Shown in pieces: positions 32,721-64,000 of a stretch of 64,000 bases of DNA (position 1 is its first letter; each line of letters starts with the position of its first letter). Source of the stretch: the human T2T-CHM13v2.0 reference genome, Homo sapiens. The stretch is taken from assembly GCF_009914755.1 (NCBI RefSeq), contig NC_060932.1. One strand, given 5' to 3'. Position numbers and translations under genes: made by a program. The notes beneath the pieces were generated by a model. That model did not search any database, was not told the origin of the DNA, and worked only from the letters and a program-made list of their open reading frames with translations.

Positions 32721-33613
32721 AGTACACTAAATTCTTGAAACAGGGCAATCAAATTGCTCATCAAATTCAGGTTAGCCTCAGCTCCAGTGCTCAGGAATCC
32801 GGGGGCCAGTGCCTGTCATGCAGGACTCCGCAGGCCCTCAGGAGGCCCTCTACCTGATATAGGCCCTGAACTACAGCCAGGAGGGAAGGTGAAAGAGGAA
32901 GGGAAAGACAGATCGGTGTAGGGTGTTGTTAGGGGACAAGGTCGGATACAGTAGGGGGAGGAGAAAAGGGTGGGAGAAGAGGATTTAGGATTCTATTGGT
33001 CTAATGAGAAATGGCATAACTATAAGACAATCCTATTCATGATGACTACAAAGAATAAAATAGAAGGATAAACCCTTGACAGAAGCAGGAAGCTTGAGCC
33101 CAGGAGGTTGAGGCTGCAGTGAGCCCTGTGCTCCAGCCTGGGTGAGAGAGTAAGACCCTATCTCAAAAAAAAAAAAAAAAAAAAACTAAAGAAGTTTACA
33201 TTACCTTTTGTCCAGGAGGGGACTTTCATAAGATTATAATCAATGACAAAATAGACATATCAATAGATTAAGCTTCTTAACATTAAAAATTCTGCACATG
33301 GAAATCTTTGACCAAATAAAATTGCAAACAAGAAAGTAGAAACCTATTATCTGCATCTGAGAAAGTGCATGGGTAGGGACCCATATCTCAATAGGCAGGA
33401 TAAAAGTTGTAAGTTATCAGTTTGAAAAGAGAATCAAACAGCTAATAAACATGTGACACCTAAGTCCAAAAATAAAGAAATGCATATTTAAGTTAATTAA
33501 TTTCTTCCTAGTTTGAGAAAACAAAAACGAAAGAGCAAGCACATCAGCTCAAGACTAATGAAGTGTTGTTGGAACCAAAACTGTGCATGTGTATGTGGTG
33601 TGCACATGGGTGT

Positions 33614-33623
<10 letters not shown>

Positions 33624-33652
<29 letters not shown>
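33624..33652. repeat. (TG)n microsatellite
   Basis: Direct reading. Confidence 0.95.
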
Positions 33653-33655
<3 letters not shown>

Positions 33656-33947
33656 AAAAAAATGCCTCTGGACATTAACACAGTAATTCTATTTCTTTCA
33701 GGAAGCTACCTTATGAACTTGGTCAGAAAGTTGTCCAAGATTTCTTTTCAAATACATACACAAACTTCTGGCTCTAAGTCCATCTTGAGACTGTAGACTC
33801 CCATCCTCACCTTCAGAGGGGCATTCCATGGGGTGCCCAGGGTGTGTGTTGGGAGAGAACCAGATTGGAGTCAAAGGTCAGGGAAAGGAGCACTGGCCTA
33901 GAGAATAAGTCTCTTGTAATGAAAGGCCATAGGACACAGAGCCTTAT

Positions 33948-35464
<1,517 letters not shown>

Positions 35465-36542
35465 CTTATTTACTGCTGGGTGGGATAAAGGGAAGAAGAA
35501 GAGGGAGAATGGAGAAGGAGGAAAGGCAGGGTTGGTCCAGAGAGGAGGAGAGCCGGGCTGGAGGAATGTGGAGGATGGAAATGGTAGCTCCCAGCCCCCA
35601 AGGGGCAAAGGCTGGGCCACAATTGCCCCTTTCTGTTTTCTAACCCTGACCCAAATTTCACTGCCCACATCCTTCTTAGATGTAAAAGATGCAGTCCCAC
35701 GGAGGAAGGGCAGAGCCAGGAGGCAGTGGGGCTCTGGGCTCAGAGCTCAGGAGTCACCTTGCCTGAGAAAGATGTTCTAGCTGAGAGGGCCTGGCCATGG
35801 GGTGGGCTCCAGGAAAACGCTGGTTAGGTCTGGGATAGAGCAAACTTGAAACAAAGACAACCCCTGCCATGGCTGTGTGGCGCCAAGACTTGGAGATCAG
35901 GGGTTAAATCCTCATAGACAGTAGGCGGTGGCAACACAAGCAGCTCTAACTCTGGGGGAAGCCATGTTGCCCAAGCCCAGGCCCCTCCATGCTCAGCCTC
36001 CATGCAGCTCACCCAGCCCAGGGTTCCAAGTGAGGCCATGGGCAGTGCAGGCGGGAAGCAGGAGGTAGCATGGAGCAGCCGCAGCCCCACCTCCCCTCTA
36101 GGGAAGGCAGACAGCATGGGAGCACGCCTGGGCCTCCTGGGAGCTGTGGGCCAGAGGGAGAGCAGGTCCTCCAGCGCAAGGGGAGTGGGAAATGGCTCTC
36201 ACAGGTGCCTGCAGGGCTGAGCAACCTGGGTCCACTGATGGGGATACAGGGAAGGGCTGCTGTCCCTCTCCCCAGAGGGAGGAGCAGACAGGAGAGAAAC
36301 AGGGAGGAGGCGCGAATTCCAGTAGCCAAGAACCTGGTCCTTTAAAATCCAGGGAGTCATAGGCAGGAAACTCCCCCCACACCCCCACCGCCAGGCGGGC
36401 CAAGCCTGAAGGCAGAGAAGGGACAAGTAAGGAGGCCCAGCAGGAACGAAGCCCTGGCCTCCTGTCACTCAGAGCTGTGTCACAGCAGGAGAGGAGGATG
36501 GAAATAAACGAACACCACACCTTTTTAATATGAGGTTTCATA

Positions 36543-36548
36543 TTTATT
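36543..36548 (-). terminator. Polyadenylation signal of TNFRSF10D
   Basis: AATAAA on the minus strand, followed about 20 nt later by GGTGTGGTGTTCGTTT. Confidence 0.75.
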
Positions 36549-37714
36549 TTGGTCATAAACATATGAGTATTTCATATATAACCAGGTGTTATGTGCTATT
36601 TGGCCCGGGTATAAAGCAAAACCTAAACAAATCAACCAACGCCAAAAAACCCCAACAATTTCATGTTGTCAGGAAGCTTATGTTAAAGGAATAAGCTTAA
36701 ACACTGATAAGGCTGGTAGTCTAGATGCATCTTCAAGGAAGGCCTCTGAGGAAGGGACAAAGGAGCTGGGACCGGACTGGCTCTCTCCGAGCTTTGAGAC
36801 CAAGTCTCCTGCACAGAAGGCCCAGCAAAGGCAAAGACTAGGAGGCAGCAGCACCCTGTGTCATCCAGAAGTGCAGGGGACAAGGTGTGGGACGCCAGAT
36901 GGAAGTGGGAGAGGATGGAAGTGCGAAGACCGGAAAGGCCATCCCCTCCTAAAACTCCATGGACACAACAATCTGAATGTGCGAACTTCAGGCAGTTCTA
37001 ACTTTGTCCCAGCCAAACCAGTCCCGGAACAAAACACACAATGCCTTGAGATGGAAAAGACTGAAACCCCTAGAATGACTATATCCGTAATTTATCCTAC
37101 CACGACTGGGCTACTGTGGAGAAGAGTTTGCTGGAAAGAAGCTAAAACGATTACTGAGGTTTTTAAATAAAATAATGGAACGTGACACAAGGACAAATGT
37201 GTCAGCCATTTTAGATCCCGTTGTCACAGTGTTTAAGAATTGATATCTCTGAGATGAGTCAGACGCTTACAGAGGGGCCAAGCTCCTCAAACAGGGAATC
37301 TGTACCCTAAAACGCAGCTCAGGAATCTCTGCCCTAAAAGGCATCCCAGGGACTCAGTTCACAGACCACCAGAAGCGAGAGGGGCCCATCCATGCCTGAG
37401 TCGGCAACCATTTCACACCATTCCCAAGCACCGTCCACTCTTCCCTCTTGATGCCATGGCAGATGCCGGGGCAGATAAACACCTGCTCTGCCCTGAGCCC
37501 AAATGAGGCTCAAGATTCACTAACGTTCAACTGTAATGGCGCTTGAAAGAGAAGGTCTTCGCAGTCTCGGATCTAACTTAATTCTCACTGTCCTCATCTG
37601 CTGTGGACAAGTCAGAAGATGCAGTCCCATGACTGTCCCAGCACGACAAACCAGACACATGGCTTCCCAAAGATACCAGGCTCTTCAAAATCCTGGGCAT
37701 ATGTAAACATCTAC

Positions 37715-37754
37715 TTATAAATAAATAAATAAATATTTATTTATAAATAAATAT
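37715..37754 (-). promoter_or_regulatory. AU-rich element (overlapping AUUUA pentamers) in TNFRSF10D 3'UTR
   Basis: Minus strand reads ATATTTATTTATAAATAAATATTTATTTATTTATTTATAA. Confidence 0.75.
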
Positions 37755-38403
37755 GGCTATATACCTCTAAAATTAACAAGTAAGACAAGCTGCCCCTTGA
37801 GAAGCTGCCAGCCATCAAACCCTGGTCCAGTCTCAGGGCGCAGGAGGGAGAACTGGAATGCAGTAAGTGCCTCCCACAGAGGGAGGATTTCTCCCTCCGT
37901 CACTAGTTATATTTTTAGTCATTTTTGACTGCTGATTTGTATCCAGGCAACCCATGTAAACAGCCTAATAAGTGCATTTCCTAAAGTTTTTCCATGTTTA
38001 CATCATTATACAAAAATCGGAAAAGAGATGTACAGCCTACAGTAGTAAGCAATATAAATGTTTCTCTAATTAAGGTGGGGGTAAGCCCCAATAATCCTAT
38101 CTTAAAGCTCAAAACTCTAAGTCGAACCCTCGTAAGTCCATATGCTCATGACTTAGCATAGGGCTACGTCTTGATAATCTCATCATTAAGTCAAAAATAT
38201 CCGAAACTGAAAATACAGGTAATAACAAGATAATCCCGTTCTAAAGTTAAAAAACTATAAGGCAAAGCATTGTGGCTGTGCGGCATCTGTAGTTAGATGT
38301 CATTAAATGCACACACCAGTAGAGATGGAGCTTGCAATATAAGAAGCAGAAAAAAAGACTTGTCTCATGATGAAGAACTGCAAAGAATGACATCCTAAAA
38401 CCA

Positions 38404-38538
38404 CTTTTTTTCTTTTTAAATTGAGATGGAGTTTCACTGTGTTGATGAGGCTGGTCTCAAACTCCCGAGCTCAAGCAATCCACCTGCCTCAGCCTATCAA
38501 AGTGCTGGGATTACAGGCATGAGCCACCGCATGTGGCC
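38404..38538 (-). mobile_element. Alu monomer (FLAM-like) in TNFRSF10D 3'UTR
   Basis: Left-arm Alu consensus only. Confidence 0.8.
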
Positions 38539-38803
38539 TAAAACGACCCTTAATACACAATCGTATAACTATGCAGCCAAGAATCTGATATAAATTTCTC
38601 CCGTTTGCTTATCACACGCAGTATTTCATAAAAATTACTCCAAGTGCGTTAACAAAGTTCTAGGACCATTGGTAAGCTGCCCCATATTGGATAGTAGAGT
38701 TTGTTGGGGCATGGGTCAAGTACTGGACTGTTTCTTCCAGGCTGCTTCCCTTTGTAGGAGAAAAGGTAAATGAGGGAAGCTCTGGTTTCCTGAAGAGATT
38801 CTT

Positions 38804-55910
<17,107 letters not shown>

Positions 55911-56169
55911 CTGTGGGGACAAGGCAGAGATGGGCTTGAGTGGCTTCCAGACCTTACCTCTCCCAGGCTCCGTCTCACATTCCCTTCACCCCAAGTGACA
56001 AAACCCATGAGAGCCTGGACTTTTTTCCCATTCCAAACTTTCATTCTTTTGCATCCGTGTTTGTCCCCTGGCCTGTTAGGTAGCTATTTTCTATAAAGAA
56101 AAACACCTCCGTATCCTTTTATCATATTATAACATAAAATATATTTACCCCAGAAAATATGAGCAGAAG

Positions 56170-64000
<7,831 letters not shown>

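Larger units (their letters stand above)
36527..38803 (-). other. TNFRSF10D: TNFRSF10D 3'UTR (about 2.3 kb; 3' end approximate)
   Basis: Runs from the stop codon to an AATAAA followed by a GU-rich element. Confidence 0.75.

Noticed and set aside
36586-37170. 194-aa ORF antisense to the TNFRSF10D 3'UTR
   Set aside because: GTG start, no homology I recognise, no splice or promoter support

Overview
Human (primate) genomic DNA from the TRAIL-receptor cluster (8p21 by gene identity). It holds the complete decoy receptor TNFRSF10C (TRAIL-R3/DcR1; + strand, 5 coding exons, 4060-17973, 259 aa, five 45-bp TAPE repeats, GPI-type C-terminus). It also holds exons 2-9 and the 3'UTR of TNFRSF10D (TRAIL-R4/DcR2; - strand, truncated death domain; exon 1 lies beyond the right edge). 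The two genes are a convergent inverted duplication (about 4.5-19.2 kb vs 45.4-63.8 kb). The rest is Alu, L1, ERV/MaLR LTR, DNA-transposon and microsatellite sequence. I see no evidence for a new biological system. The most interesting signal is a fossil record of how the decoys arose from a death receptor. The TNFRSF10C stop sits where DR5 has a Cys. It is followed by the in-frame juxtamembrane remnant, fossil exons 6 and 7 with dead acceptors, and, 11 kb downstream, a frameshifted death-domain exon containing the part TNFRSF10D lost. Other findings: a probable Alu-insertion-mediated ~3-kb deletion, extra orphan copies of intron-1 sequence, and 10D-specific inverted Alus around exon 3. Repeat family names and DR4/DR5 comparisons are from memory and need alignment; repeat coordinates are approximate.
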